From positions 130,168-194,167 of the forward strand of contig JAGVEX010000015.1 in assembly GCA_020057885.1 (NCBI GenBank): a DNA stretch of 64,000 nt, read 5' to 3'. Source of the stretch: a bacterium. Its GTDB lineage: Bacteria; Patescibacteriota; Patescibacteriia; Veblenbacterales; UBA10138. The position numbers and the translations under genes were made by a program. This document shows, one piece after another, positions 27,762 through 38,625 of the stretch (position 1 is the first letter of the stretch; every line of letters starts with the position of its first letter). The notes beneath the pieces were generated by a model. That model saw nothing but the letters and a program-made list of their open reading frames with translations, was not told where the DNA came from and ran no database searches.

Positions 27762-29134
27762 AGTTTTTTAACTGCTTTGATAAACTGCTCGCCACGATCA
27801 AATTCGTGACGGAATAAACCAAAACTGGCGGCCCCGGGTGAAAGCAACACTGCACCGCCTGGTTTAGCTAAGGTGGAAGCAAAAACAACTGCCTCAGCCA
27901 TATTGCGCGCTAATAAAACTTTTTTGAAATTACGCAAATTCGCCTGCAGTTTAATTGTAGCAGTGCCTGGCAATAAAATTAAAAATGCCACACGCTTTTT
28001 TATATCACGAGCCAAATCGGTGTAATTCAATAATTTATCAGTACCACCAGCTATTAATACTAATGGTTTAATTTTTAAAGCTCGCAAAGCGGCCTGAGTG
28101 GCAACTGGGGCAGTAGCGGCAGTATCATTATAATATTTTACATTATTTTTAGTAGCAATTAGCTCTAAGCGGTCATGCAGGCCGATAAATTTTTTCACTG
28201 CTTTAATAATTACAGCAACAGGCACGCTATTTAAACGAGCAGCAACCACTGCGGCCAATACATTTTCTAAATTGTGTTGACCCAAAAGTTTAATATAGGA
28301 CACTGGAAAAAGTTTTTGTTTTTTATTGTCTTGCCACCACACCATACCATTGCTTACAAAAATACCGCGTGGCACGTTCTGGCTTGTCGAGAACCAATAA
28401 ACACGTGACTGGGCAATTTTACCAAACTGTCTGGTAATTTTATTATCATAATTTAAAATTACAGCATCATTTTTATTTTGGTAACGGAAAATATAAGATT
28501 TCGCTTTAGTGTAGTCTACCAGCGACGAATAACGATTAAGGTGCTCTGGGGACACATTAGTCACTACGGCTTGCGGTACACGTAAATGTTGATCACCGAC
28601 CAATTCCAAATGCCAACTTGATAATTCCAAAACTACTGGCGTGCGCGAAGTTAAACTATCAAGTACTTGAAACATCACTGTATCTCGAATATTACCAGCC
28701 ACTACCGTCTGCTTATCCCAATTTTTTAAAATAGCACCCAGCAAAGCCGTGGTAGTTGATTTACCTTTACTACCTGTGATGCCTATAATATTCTTACTGG
28801 GACAAAGTTTGAGAAATAGACTAGCTTCGTTTTCTATTGTTATGTCGGCCTGACGCGCCAATTTTAACAAAAGCAATTCTGCTGGCACGCCTGGGTTTTG
28901 AATTATTAAATCGCATTTTTTAAGAAGTGAGGCTGGGTGCGAACCAAAAACATAATTTATAGACATTTTTTTTAATAAACGCAAACTGGAACCGAGCTCT
29001 TGGCGCGACTTTATATCGGATACAGTGACGCGAGCTCCATGACGCACTAGCCAGCGTGTTACCGCTACTCCCCCGCCATGCAAACCCAAACCTAACACCA
29101 AAACGCGTTTATTTTTTAAATCAGCGAGTCTCAT
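27758..29134 (-). CDS. murD: UDP-MurNAc-L-Ala--D-Glu ligase (start moved to 29134)
   Basis: GLGLHGGG, GSKGKSTT, ELSSW, LLSPGAASFGLF...DRG. Confidence 0.95.
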   Translation of the reverse strand: MRLADLKNKRVLVLGLGLHGGGVAVTRWLVRHGARVTVSDIKSRQELGSSLRLLKKMSINYVFGSHPASLLKKCDLIIQNPGVPAELLLLKLARQADITIENEASLFLKLCPSKNIIGITGSKGKSTTTALLGAILKNWDKQTVVAGNIRDTVMFQVLDSLTSRTPVVLELSSWHLELVGDQHLRVPQAVVTNVSPEHLNRYSSLVDYTKAKSYIFRYQNKNDAVILNYDNKITRQFGKIAQSRVYWFSTSQNVPRGIFVSNGMVWWQDNKKQKLFPVSYIKLLGQHNLENVLAAVVAARLNSVPVAVIIKAVKKFIGLHDRLELIATKNNVKYYNDTAATAPVATQAALRALKIKPLVLIAGGTDKLLNYTDLARDIKKRVAFLILLPGTATIKLQANLRNFKKVLLARNMAEAVVFASTLAKPGGAVLLSPGAASFGLFRHEFDRGEQFIKAVKKL

Positions 29135-29144
29135 AAATAAATTA

Positions 29145-30176
29145 CTAAACGCCGCGTTCAAGTAGGGCAACTATCACACCAATAACAGCAGCCACCCCAG
29201 CAATAACCCAAAAACGCATAACAATCTTGGGCTCGGGCCAGCCAATTGCCTCTAAGTGATGATGCAACGGCGAAGATAAAAAAACTTTTCTCCCTAAAAA
29301 CTTTTTTGACAATACCTGGATAATAACTGAGAGTGATTCCACCACAAACAAAAAACCAATAATAGGTAAAAGCAAAACACTATTAGTAAGCATGGCTACT
29401 ATGCCCAGAGTTACACCCAAAGACATAGCACCAGTATCGCCCATAAAAAATCTGGCTGGATTAATATTAAACCACAGAAAAGCCAACAGGGCTCCGGTAA
29501 TTACTCCACAAAAAGTGGCCAAATCATATTTACCCTGTAAAAAAGCAATTGATCCAAAAGCGGCAAAAGCGGCCAAAAGTGTACCACCAGCCAAACCATC
29601 TAACCCATCTATTTCATTAACAGAAAAAGAGGTGGCCACAATAATAAAAATAAATATTGGTACAATCCACCAGCCCACGACCACGTTGCCTAAAAATGGC
29701 ACGTGCAATATATCCCAACCCAATTTAGCATAAAACCACCACGCGCCAATTACTGCAATTAAAGTATAAATTAAAATTCGGTGGCGCATTTTTAAACCAC
29801 CACCATGTGGACCAAGTCCTCGCACATTAAACCAATCGTCAATTAATCCAACTAAAGCCGAAGCCACCAAAGCACCCAAAGGTAGTAAGGTTTCAGCGCG
29901 GCTCAAAAAATTAAGTTTTAATACCTGTGCCTCTTCTAAAAAAAAGAAGACGAGAGCCAAAATTAAAACAGTCAACCAAATTAGAACACCGCCCATAGTT
30001 GGTGTGCCATTTTTGTTTTGATGCAAAGCCGACATAATAGGAGCGCTGGCCGAATCTCTTATTTTTTTACCTAATTTGTATTTATACAAAATATTGGTAA
30101 GCAATGGTGTCCAAGCCAGCGCCACTATAAACGATACAGTAGTAAGAAAGAGTATTTGAAAAACCGCGCCAGTCAT
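29145..30176 (-). CDS. mraY: phospho-MurNAc-pentapeptide transferase
   Basis: GTPTMGG, DGLDGL, FMGDTG, PLHHH. Confidence 0.97.
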   Translation of the reverse strand: MTGAVFQILFLTTVSFIVALAWTPLLTNILYKYKLGKKIRDSASAPIMSALHQNKNGTPTMGGVLIWLTVLILALVFFFLEEAQVLKLNFLSRAETLLPLGALVASALVGLIDDWFNVRGLGPHGGGLKMRHRILIYTLIAVIGAWWFYAKLGWDILHVPFLGNVVVGWWIVPIFIFIIVATSFSVNEIDGLDGLAGGTLLAAFAAFGSIAFLQGKYDLATFCGVITGALLAFLWFNINPARFFMGDTGAMSLGVTLGIVAMLTNSVLLLPIIGFLFVVESLSVIIQVLSKKFLGRKVFLSSPLHHHLEAIGWPEPKIVMRFWVIAGVAAVIGVIVALLERGV

Positions 30177-30183
30177 ATAATAT

Positions 30184-30561
30184 TTAGGTATTGAAACTTC
30201 TTAAAAGCCAAGCGAGCCACAAAAAACCACCAACAATAAAAACTGTGGCCCACAACCAAAGATATTTAAGCACTAAACTCCGCCGCGCCAGAGTATATGA
30301 TAAAAATACATTTATTACCACAAAAATTGTGGCTACTATTGGTAGTAAATAAAAATAAAACGGTTCAGTTAGCCAGTTAATACCAACGTAAATTGAATAG
30401 CGCAGGGCAAAGGAATTATCAGACGATATGGGAGCGGTAATAACTGTAACCCAGGTTATAATCAAAATCACCGCTATCGAAAATAAAGGTGTCATAACTG
30501 ACCGCTGACGCCAAAAAGCACGCCAAGATTCACGTTGCCAAAGAAAAAATGATTGTATCAT
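30184..30561 (-). CDS. hypothetical membrane protein (3 TM); start uncertain
   Basis: Hydrophobic ORF ending 7 bp before mraY on the same strand. Confidence 0.65.
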   Translation of the reverse strand: MIQSFFLWQRESWRAFWRQRSVMTPLFSIAVILIITWVTVITAPISSDNSFALRYSIYVGINWLTEPFYFYLLPIVATIFVVINVFLSYTLARRSLVLKYLWLWATVFIVGGFLWLAWLLRSFNT

Positions 30562-30681
30562 ATACCTACTTGTGATTGTAGGTTTTATGGGCCTTTTTGG
30601 CAAATTGATTTAATATTATAGGCACTTTTTAACTAAAAAATAAACAGTCTTTATTATAATTTATACACTAAAAAACTAAAG

Positions 30682-30739
30682 TTGCTGATATGTGTTAATT
30701 TTGGTATAATAACCACACTATTAACCATAATATGGTTAA
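30682..30739 (+). promoter_or_regulatory. pilus operon promoter plus operator-like palindrome
   Basis: TTGCTG-N17-TATAAT with extended TG, then ttaaccata-a-tatggttaa (30721-30739). Confidence 0.6.
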
Positions 30740-30768
30740 CTAAAAACTAAGGAGCGAAAATTAAACCT

Positions 30769-32496
30769 ATGCTAAACCAAAACCATCTTACCCAGGCTGT
30801 TTTAGCTAATAAAATACTGTCTCAGGCAAATCTTAAAAAAGCCAAAGAAGAGATTAAGCACGACAAGATTTCGCTGGAAGATTATCTTATTAAAAAAAAC
30901 TTGCTCACTGAACAGGGCCTTTATGAAATGATGGCACATTTTCTTAACTTGCCATTTATTGACTTAAAAAATGCGATGATACGCAAAGATGTCTTAATGG
31001 CCATTCCCGAACCAATCGCCCAAGTACATCAAATTATCGCTTTTGAACAAACCGACAAAGAAGTAAAAATTGCCACAACCGATCCAGAAGATCTTCAGAC
31101 TTTTGAATTTTTAGAAAAAAAATTCGGCGTTAAATTAAACATACACCTTACCACACCCACTACCATACGCGATGTTTTAAAACAATATCACAAAAGCCTA
31201 AAAGCCGAATTTGCCGAGCTTACCAAAGATGACCAAAAACCAGAAGAAGCGCAAGGCGCAGAACTACAACAATTAGCTGAAGACTTGCCAGTTATAAGAA
31301 TCGTAGATACCTTGCTGGAATACGCTATTTTTGAAAAAGCTTCCGATATACACATTGAACCAACCGAAGCCGATGTGGTGGTACGCTACCGCATTGACGG
31401 TGTATTGCGTGATGTAATGAATTTGCCTAAAAATGTCCAGGCTGGTTTGGTGGCGCGCATAAAAATTCTTTCTAATCTTAAACTCGATGAGCATCGTTTA
31501 CCGCAAGACGGACGTTTTAAAATAAAAAATAAAGAATACGAAGTTTCCTTCCGTGTTTCAATTATTCCGGTTTTTGATGGTGAAAAAATAGTTATGCGCT
31601 TGTTGCAAGAATCAAGTCAGATTCTAACTTTGGAACAATTAGGCTTTCAGCCATCAGCTTTTAAGGTAGTAAAAAGAAATATTGATAAACCGCACGGTAT
31701 GTTGCTAGTAACTGGACCAACCGGCAGTGGTAAAACCACGACTCTTTATTCAGTTTTAAATGTATTAAATACGCCTGATGTAAACATCTGTACCGTAGAA
31801 GACCCTATTGAATACCGCATGCAACGCATTAACCAAAGTCAAGTAAATCCGCGTATTGGCTTTACCTTTGCTAATGGCTTGCGATCGTTATTACGCCAAG
31901 ACCCGGATATTATTATGGTGGGAGAAATTAGAGATACCGAAACAGCAGAAATAGCTATTCACTCTGCTATGACGGGCCACTTAGTGCTTTCTACTTTGCA
32001 CACCAATGATGCCGTAGGAACCTTGCCCAGACTTTTAGATATGGGTATTGCGCCCTTCTTAGTTGCCTCTACTACCAATCTTATTGTAGCTCAACGTTTA
32101 GTGCGTAAAATATGTGTTAATTGCTCAAGTGCTTATCAATTAAGTAAACAAAATATAGAGGAACTAGCGCAAGAACTTGATTTAAAATCTATTATCAAAA
32201 CACTAGAGCGTGAAAAAGCTGTTTCGGCGAATCAAAATTTAGAAACTTTAACTTTCTATCGAGGCAAAGGCTGCAGACAATGCAATAACGAGGGCTATCG
32301 CGGCCGTATTGGTATTTATGAAACTTTTGAAATTACAGAAGAAGTCAGTGATTTAATTTTAAAACGTGCTTCTGATACCGAACTTAAAAAAGCAGCCATA
32401 GCACAAAACATGCTCACTATGCTGGAGGATGGATTTATTAAAGCTCTTAAAGGCGTTACTACAATAGAAGAAATTCTCCGTGCGGCTAGAGAATAA
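30769..32496 (+). CDS. pilB: type IV pilus assembly ATPase (PilB/GspE)
   Basis: ASDIHIEP, GPTGSGKTT, LRQDPD, GHLVLSTLHTN, tetracysteine motif. Confidence 0.95.
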   Translation: MLNQNHLTQAVLANKILSQANLKKAKEEIKHDKISLEDYLIKKNLLTEQGLYEMMAHFLNLPFIDLKNAMIRKDVLMAIPEPIAQVHQIIAFEQTDKEVKIATTDPEDLQTFEFLEKKFGVKLNIHLTTPTTIRDVLKQYHKSLKAEFAELTKDDQKPEEAQGAELQQLAEDLPVIRIVDTLLEYAIFEKASDIHIEPTEADVVVRYRIDGVLRDVMNLPKNVQAGLVARIKILSNLKLDEHRLPQDGRFKIKNKEYEVSFRVSIIPVFDGEKIVMRLLQESSQILTLEQLGFQPSAFKVVKRNIDKPHGMLLVTGPTGSGKTTTLYSVLNVLNTPDVNICTVEDPIEYRMQRINQSQVNPRIGFTFANGLRSLLRQDPDIIMVGEIRDTETAEIAIHSAMTGHLVLSTLHTNDAVGTLPRLLDMGIAPFLVASTTNLIVAQRLVRKICVNCSSAYQLSKQNIEELAQELDLKSIIKTLEREKAVSANQNLETLTFYRGKGCRQCNNEGYRGRIGIYETFEITEEVSDLILKRASDTELKKAAIAQNMLTMLEDGFIKALKGVTTIEEILRAARE

Positions 32497-32545
32497 ATAT
32501 TCTAACCGAAGCTAATTTTTTTAATCATCAATTACCAACTCTGCT

Positions 32546-33763
32546 ATGAAATTTACATACACAGCGCGCAATAATCAAGGTAAACTAGAAAAAGGTGAAA
32601 TGGAAATACCCTCCGAGCACGACTTAGCTCAATATTTGCGAAGCAAAGATCTTATACTTACGCACGCTGAAACGCAAAATAACAAAACAGAAAATGGTAA
32701 AAAAACTATAAAATTACCTTGGTTACAGCGCGTCTCGGCAATTGAGAAAATCTTTTTCACCCAAAACTTACAAGTTATGGTAAGGTCTGGTTTGTCTATC
32801 TCTGTTGCTTTAAAAACTCTAGCAGAACAAACTACTAATAAATCAATGCGCATTATTTTATTAGATGTGCAACAAAAGGTTGATCGCGGCATTCCCCTAT
32901 CGGACTCTTTGGCTGAACATCCAAAAATATTTTCTGAACTCTTTGTAAGTATGGTACGAGCTGGTGAAAAAAGCGGCAAACTAGACGAAGTGCTTTTGCA
33001 AATTACCAACCAATTGCGCAAAAGCCACGCTTTAATCGCCAAGGTCAAAGGTGCTCTTACCTACCCTGTTATTGTTATTATCGCCATGCTAGGTATTGGC
33101 ACAGCCATGATGGTTTATGTAATACCGCAAATGACTTCGATTTTTCAAGAAGTGAACGCTACTCTCCCCTTGCCCACTCTAATTTTAATTGAAACCAGTA
33201 ATTTTTTAGTTAATAATGGATTGTGGGTTCTATTAGGAACAATATTAATTGTAGTTACTTTTGTTCAATTTATTCACACTAAAAAAGGTAAGCAAAATTG
33301 GCATGGCTTTCTACTTAAACTACCAATTGTTAGTTCTATACTTAAAAAAATAAACTTAGCAAAATTTGCTCGCACCTTTTCTTCGTTATTAAAAACAGAT
33401 ATTCCGATTGTGCAGGCTTTTCAAATTACCGCTTCCACCCTTTCAAATGTATTATACAGAGAAGCTCTAGTGCAAACTGGGGAAGGAGTTAAAAAGGGCG
33501 TGGCCGTATCAAACATTATACGTGGTTACCCTAAACTCTTCCCTCCACTTATCGCGCAAATGATCGCCGTGGGAGAAGAAACTGGTACACTTGATAATAT
33601 CTTAGAAGAATTGGCTCAATTTTATGAAGATGACGTGGATCGCACTATGGGCAATCTGGCAACAATTATTGAACCAGTTTTAATGATTGTTTTGGGTTTT
33701 GGCGTGGGCGGCATGGCTATAGCCATTATTATGCCAATGTATTCACTTAGTCAAAGTATTTAA
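32546..33763 (+). CDS. pilC: type IV pilus platform protein (PilC/GspF)
   Basis: GE.SGKL, LTYP, VGEETG.LD, IEP; two T2SSF domains. Confidence 0.95.
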   Translation: MKFTYTARNNQGKLEKGEMEIPSEHDLAQYLRSKDLILTHAETQNNKTENGKKTIKLPWLQRVSAIEKIFFTQNLQVMVRSGLSISVALKTLAEQTTNKSMRIILLDVQQKVDRGIPLSDSLAEHPKIFSELFVSMVRAGEKSGKLDEVLLQITNQLRKSHALIAKVKGALTYPVIVIIAMLGIGTAMMVYVIPQMTSIFQEVNATLPLPTLILIETSNFLVNNGLWVLLGTILIVVTFVQFIHTKKGKQNWHGFLLKLPIVSSILKKINLAKFARTFSSLLKTDIPIVQAFQITASTLSNVLYREALVQTGEGVKKGVAVSNIIRGYPKLFPPLIAQMIAVGEETGTLDNILEELAQFYEDDVDRTMGNLATIIEPVLMIVLGFGVGGMAIAIIMPMYSLSQSI

Positions 33764-33764
33764 C

Positions 33765-34208
33765 ATGACTAAAAAAGGTTTCACTTTAATTGAAATATCC
33801 GTAGTAATCGGTATTATTGTATTAATGGCCTTAGTGAGTATTCCCTACTTTCGCGACTATCAATCTCACACCAAATTAAAAACAGATGCCTTGACGCTTA
33901 TTAGTAACTTAAGGCTCGCGCAACAATATACTGTTAGTGAACAAAATACCTATCTTATTAAATTAATATCCAACGCCACTCCAAAATACCAATTAATAAA
34001 GAGGGTCGGAGAAAGTGATACTCTAATTGAAGAAAAAAATTTAAATCAAGGTATAAATTGGCAAAACACTGGCGGTTTTTCTAATAACGAAATTATTTTT
34101 ACTTCAACTGGCGCGGTTCTACAAGCTGGCGATATTATACTCATTGATGATTTAGGTAAAACTTTTACTGTAGAGGTAAAACCTTCTGGTTATGTCCGTC
34201 TCAACTAA
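33765..34208 (+). CDS. minor pilin (FimU/GspH-like)
   Basis: Class III signal peptide KKG|FTLIE. Confidence 0.88.
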   Translation: MTKKGFTLIEISVVIGIIVLMALVSIPYFRDYQSHTKLKTDALTLISNLRLAQQYTVSEQNTYLIKLISNATPKYQLIKRVGESDTLIEEKNLNQGINWQNTGGFSNNEIIFTSTGAVLQAGDIILIDDLGKTFTVEVKPSGYVRLN

Positions 34209-34617
34209 CAGTCAACGTGGTTTTAGTTTAATTGAAGGATTGGTGGCTATTGCTATCGCGGCCGTAGTTTTAGTTGCTGTTATAAGCGTATTTCCATTAG
34301 TCATTAAAAGCAATAAACATTCTGAGCTTGAAAGCATGGCTTCTGTATACGCTAAAGCTAAAATCGAAACAATTCTTACTACGCCATACGATGAATTAAC
34401 TGTTGGGACGATTGAACCGCGTACAAAAATTTCTAGCGACCCACTCAATCCGGCTTATAATTTTGAGCGTCAGGCCATCATCCAACTAGTTGACGGTAAT
34501 TTAAATCAAACTATAACTGATATTGGACTAAAAAAAATTACAGTAACTGTGTATTGGGCCAACCGTTTCGGTGGAGATAACTCTTTAATACTTTCCAGTT
34601 TAGCGTCACAAAAATAA
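34192..34617 (+). CDS. minor pilin (PilV/GspI-like)
   Basis: QRG|FSLIE; C-terminal LKKITVTVYW. Confidence 0.88.
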   Translation: MSVSTNSQRGFSLIEGLVAIAIAAVVLVAVISVFPLVIKSNKHSELESMASVYAKAKIETILTTPYDELTVGTIEPRTKISSDPLNPAYNFERQAIIQLVDGNLNQTITDIGLKKITVTVYWANRFGGDNSLILSSLASQK

Positions 34618-34628
34618 AATATTTTATT

Positions 34629-35204
34629 ATGATAATATTCAACCAAAATAAAAAAACGACAAAAAATAAAAACGGTTTCTCACTTATGGAAGTGATGGTA
34701 AGTATGTTTATAGTTTTATTAATATTACTAGTTGTTTACGCCATCTTTAGTTTCTCTCAACAAATTAAACCAAAAATTGAAAACCGGGCAGAAATAGTGC
34801 AAAACCAAAGAGCAATAATAGATAGGATCTCACGAGAGCTTAGGCAGGCTAATAATATTGTTACGACCTTACCGGCCAATGAAATCGTCTTTGAAGATGG
34901 GCACGGCAATCTTGAAGATTCACCTTTGCAATATTTACGCTATCACTTAATTGGTACAAACCTATACCGAGAAATACGCTATTATTATTTTAATATGGAT
35001 CCCTCTACGCATGTACACTATGACGAAACTGATGATTTGGGCAATCTACCTAGTATTAATATAGTTGAGGATAGATTAATTGGAGAATATATAAGCTCAC
35101 TTTCTTTTAATATTGCCTCAAATAACATTAATATTGAGGCTACTCTTATTTTAAATAACGAAACTTTAATCATTTCAACCTATGTCTCTCCTCGTAACCT
35201 CTAA
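34629..35204 (+). CDS. minor pilin (PilW/GspJ-like)
   Basis: KNG|FSLME; DRISRELRQA. Confidence 0.88.
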   Translation: MIIFNQNKKTTKNKNGFSLMEVMVSMFIVLLILLVVYAIFSFSQQIKPKIENRAEIVQNQRAIIDRISRELRQANNIVTTLPANEIVFEDGHGNLEDSPLQYLRYHLIGTNLYREIRYYYFNMDPSTHVHYDETDDLGNLPSINIVEDRLIGEYISSLSFNIASNNINIEATLILNNETLIISTYVSPRNL

Positions 35205-36399
35205 ACAAAACTCCGGGTTTGCCCTACTTGCTGTAATTACTGTAATGGGAGCATTATTACTTTTAACTGGATACTTTTTAGAACAATCAACAGCTGAATT
35301 AAAAATTTCAAAAAGTGAAGTGGCGGCCAGCAAAACATATTATCTGGCAGAAGCTGGCGGCAATGAAGCTATCTATAAATTAAAATATGACCCTGTGTGG
35401 AAAGCAAAATTTTTATCGGGTACATTAAATAGCGATACTTTTGTGCGCGCCAATGCGTTTGATGATAATGGCAGCTATACTATTTTAACTACCAGCGTCG
35501 AGCCAGCTATTGCTGATATTACGGTAACTGCTCAATACGATACTGGCTTGCAACCATCAAAGAGAATTATTAAAACTCGTTTGGCGCGCGCCACTAACCC
35601 TGCTGATACCTGGTCACAATCCATTTACGCGGGAGGAAAGGGTGCTCAAGAAAACGGCAATATTACTATAGAACGAAATTGTATAATTAACGGCGGTACT
35701 ATCCATGCCAATCAAAACATAAAGGTTTCCAGCCAATCAACGCTCACTATAAACGATGGGGCAATTACTTCTAGTAATAATATAACTGTAAACGCCGGAT
35801 CTTCTTTAATACTTAATAATAGTACTCGACAAGAAGGCGCCTCTGAAATATCTATGCCTCAATTAGATTTTGACTCATCCTCGTCAACTTCTATTAAAAA
35901 TAGAGCCAATCAGGTTTATACAGCTACGGCTTTTCAAAATTTACCATCTGGAACAGTTTTGGATGGTATTACTTTTGTGACTGGCGGAGCAAACTGGGAC
36001 AATAAGAATCTGACCATTAATGGCATTCTAGCAGCCAGCGACGACATTAGAATAGATCTTAATGACGACAAAACTCTAACTCTAAACTCTAACCCTACAA
36101 CTGGTTCGGGTATTTTGGGTAAAGATGATATTTATATTGAACTAAATAATGCCACTCTTAATTTAAACGGCTTAATTTACGCCAGCAAAAACCTAGAATT
36201 AAAGGAAGATACAAACAAAGACTCTGATATTAATATAACTGGTGGTATAATCGGTTGGCACACCAGAATCAGTGGTTACGATAAGGGTGTGTGTAATATT
36301 ACTTACGATCAAACTTTAGCATCGCAACCGCTTGACCCTGTGCTTAATGGCAGTGAAAGTCCTATTATTCAAGTAAACCACTGGGAAGAAGAATACTAA
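35182..36399 (+). CDS. PilX/GspK-like minor pilin with a beta-solenoid-like tip domain
   Basis: SG|FALL without E5; YYLAEAG; repetitive G/N/I-rich C-terminal domain ending WEE. Confidence 0.8.
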   Translation: MSLLVTSKQNSGFALLAVITVMGALLLLTGYFLEQSTAELKISKSEVAASKTYYLAEAGGNEAIYKLKYDPVWKAKFLSGTLNSDTFVRANAFDDNGSYTILTTSVEPAIADITVTAQYDTGLQPSKRIIKTRLARATNPADTWSQSIYAGGKGAQENGNITIERNCIINGGTIHANQNIKVSSQSTLTINDGAITSSNNITVNAGSSLILNNSTRQEGASEISMPQLDFDSSSSTSIKNRANQVYTATAFQNLPSGTVLDGITFVTGGANWDNKNLTINGILAASDDIRIDLNDDKTLTLNSNPTTGSGILGKDDIYIELNNATLNLNGLIYASKNLELKEDTNKDSDINITGGIIGWHTRISGYDKGVCNITYDQTLASQPLDPVLNGSESPIIQVNHWEEEY

Positions 36400-36458
36400 C
36401 AAAAATCAATTGATTATTTTAGTTCATATAATCTACATTGTGCTATAATAAATTAAGT

Positions 36459-37535
36459 ATGTTGTTTGAACCAAAGCAAGAATATTTGGGTTTAGATATC
36501 AGCGACTTGTCACTCAAGGCAGCGCAATTTAAACACAATGTTAAAAACCAACCAACTCTCGTAGGTTTGGGCCGAATTGAGTTGGCTACTGGAATTTTTG
36601 AAGAAGGTGAGTTAAAACAACCAGAAATTCTTATAAATTCTATAGTGAATCTTTTAAATAAACCACAAATTGGAAAATTCACCACCACTTATGTCAATGC
36701 CTCTTTACCAGAAACAAAAACATTTATAAAAATGATAGATGTGCCACCGATGTCATATGAAGAAATACCAGAAGCAATTAAATGGGAGGCAGAACATCAT
36801 ATTCCAATTCCCATTGAAGAAACTTATTGGGATTGGCAGCAAATAGGCAAACCGAGCAAGGCCAATTCTCGCCTACCCATCTTGCTTGGCGTAGCGCCAA
36901 AAAACATAGTTGAATCCTACGCCCAAGCTTTAAAAGGAGCACGTCTCATACCAACCGCTTTTGAAATTGAAGCAGAATCTATCTGCCGCAGTCTATTACC
37001 GCTGGATACTTCTACTATACGCGATGCTATTATTATTATCGATATAGGAGCTACACGTACAAGTTTAATTGTATTTGATAACAATACTATACAATTCACT
37101 GTTTCTCTGCCAATTTCTGGTTTAAAAATCACACAAACTATCTCCAATAAGCTCAGTTTATCTGAAATGCAAGCCGAAAAAGCAAAGGTGCTCTGTGGGC
37201 TTGATCCTAAAAAATGCCATGGCGCTATGGCTGAAATTCTCCATAGTGTTATGGATGAATTAATTCACCGCATTAATGAAGCTATAATTTTTTACCAAGA
37301 ACATTTTTCTGGTGGACACAAAATAAACCAAATTATTTTATGTGGCGGGGGCTCTAATTTTAAATCTATCGATCAATATTTGAATGAAAGACTTGAACTC
37401 ACGGTACGTCGCGGCGACCCTTGGAATAACATCGATTCAAACCATTCGCCATTAAAACCAAATGAACTAGCCGCTTATACTACCGCCATTGGTTTAGCTT
37501 TACGCAATTTTTTACCACACGTTAATCATGATTAA
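36459..37535 (+). CDS. pilM: type IV pilus assembly protein PilM (start moved to ATG 36459)
   Basis: GLDISD, IDIGA..T, LCGGG, AIGLALR; actin-like fold. Confidence 0.93.
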   Translation: MLFEPKQEYLGLDISDLSLKAAQFKHNVKNQPTLVGLGRIELATGIFEEGELKQPEILINSIVNLLNKPQIGKFTTTYVNASLPETKTFIKMIDVPPMSYEEIPEAIKWEAEHHIPIPIEETYWDWQQIGKPSKANSRLPILLGVAPKNIVESYAQALKGARLIPTAFEIEAESICRSLLPLDTSTIRDAIIIIDIGATRTSLIVFDNNTIQFTVSLPISGLKITQTISNKLSLSEMQAEKAKVLCGLDPKKCHGAMAEILHSVMDELIHRINEAIIFYQEHFSGGHKINQIILCGGGSNFKSIDQYLNERLELTVRRGDPWNNIDSNHSPLKPNELAAYTTAIGLALRNFLPHVNHD

Positions 37536-38061
37536 ACTTAATCTACTGCCCACCGCCGAAAAAGATTCTCTTCGCTACGAGCGTACCTATATTTACATGC
37601 GTACTGTAGTGTTTATTGTATTTACTTTTACTATTGTCGCTTGCGGGCTTTTATTTACTGCTCGTATTATGCTCCAAAACCATTACGCTAATCTGTTAAC
37701 CGATAATGGAAAAGTTAATGATCGTAATAGTGTTGTGTACAGAGAAATTAACGAAACAAATCAAAAATTATCAAAAATACGCAACGTACAAAATGATTTT
37801 GTTAAATGGTCAAATGTAATGTTGGATCTTATACGCGCTATACCGAATAACGTTGAAATTACCTATATTAATTTGGAACACCACAATCTTAACTTTAATC
37901 TTAAGGGTACCGCACTACAACGTGATGATTATTTAAAATTAGAAGCTAATCTTAAGGCGCTCCCTTTTATTGAAGGGCTATACTCTCCTTTGACCAATAT
38001 TCTTCGTCGCGATAATGTTAGTTTTGAATTTTCGGCTAAACTTAAACAAAGTGCGCTATAA
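37528..38061 (+). CDS. pilN: PilN-like protein
   Basis: IKLNLLP motif, a TM helix and a coiled coil. Confidence 0.8.
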   Translation: MIKLNLLPTAEKDSLRYERTYIYMRTVVFIVFTFTIVACGLLFTARIMLQNHYANLLTDNGKVNDRNSVVYREINETNQKLSKIRNVQNDFVKWSNVMLDLIRAIPNNVEITYINLEHHNLNFNLKGTALQRDDYLKLEANLKALPFIEGLYSPLTNILRRDNVSFEFSAKLKQSAL

Positions 38062-38064
38062 TTT

Positions 38065-38625
38065 ATGAATTTCTCTTTTCCTACTACACCTCATAGCAAG
38101 GTAATAATATACATTAGCCTAACACTAATTATGAGTATTGGATTATTTGCCATAATAGGTTATCCAAGCATTAAAGAAATAAAAAACCTTAGCAACAAAA
38201 TTGAGGAACAACGCTCACAACTTGAACAATTGTATATTAGAGGTAAAAATATCAAACAAACGCTTCAACAATACCGCGAAATAAAGCCCACTGTTAGTAA
38301 CCTTGATAATATATATATAAAACGCGGCGAAGAGCTTAAATTTATTACTACTTTAGAAAATACGGCAAACGAACAAAGTGTAGACCAAGAGCCTAAATTA
38401 GTATCTCCCCCAGTCAACTCTACGTCTAATACACTACAATTAGAATTAACTACTACGACTAGCTTAAACCGTATTATTAAATACATAATGGGGCTAGAAG
38501 CACTAGACTACTATATTAATATTGATACCGTAAGATTATCCAAAGCCTCAAACTCTGCCAGCGCCACGAGTGTTAGCCCTAATTTATCAACTCTTTTTCT
38601 TGCGACTTTATATTATCAGCCATGA
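38065..38625 (+). CDS. PilO-like protein
   Basis: Follows PilN; TM helix, coiled coil and ferredoxin-like C-terminus. Confidence 0.65.
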   Translation: MNFSFPTTPHSKVIIYISLTLIMSIGLFAIIGYPSIKEIKNLSNKIEEQRSQLEQLYIRGKNIKQTLQQYREIKPTVSNLDNIYIKRGEELKFITTLENTANEQSVDQEPKLVSPPVNSTSNTLQLELTTTTSLNRIIKYIMGLEALDYYINIDTVRLSKASNSASATSVSPNLSTLFLATLYYQP

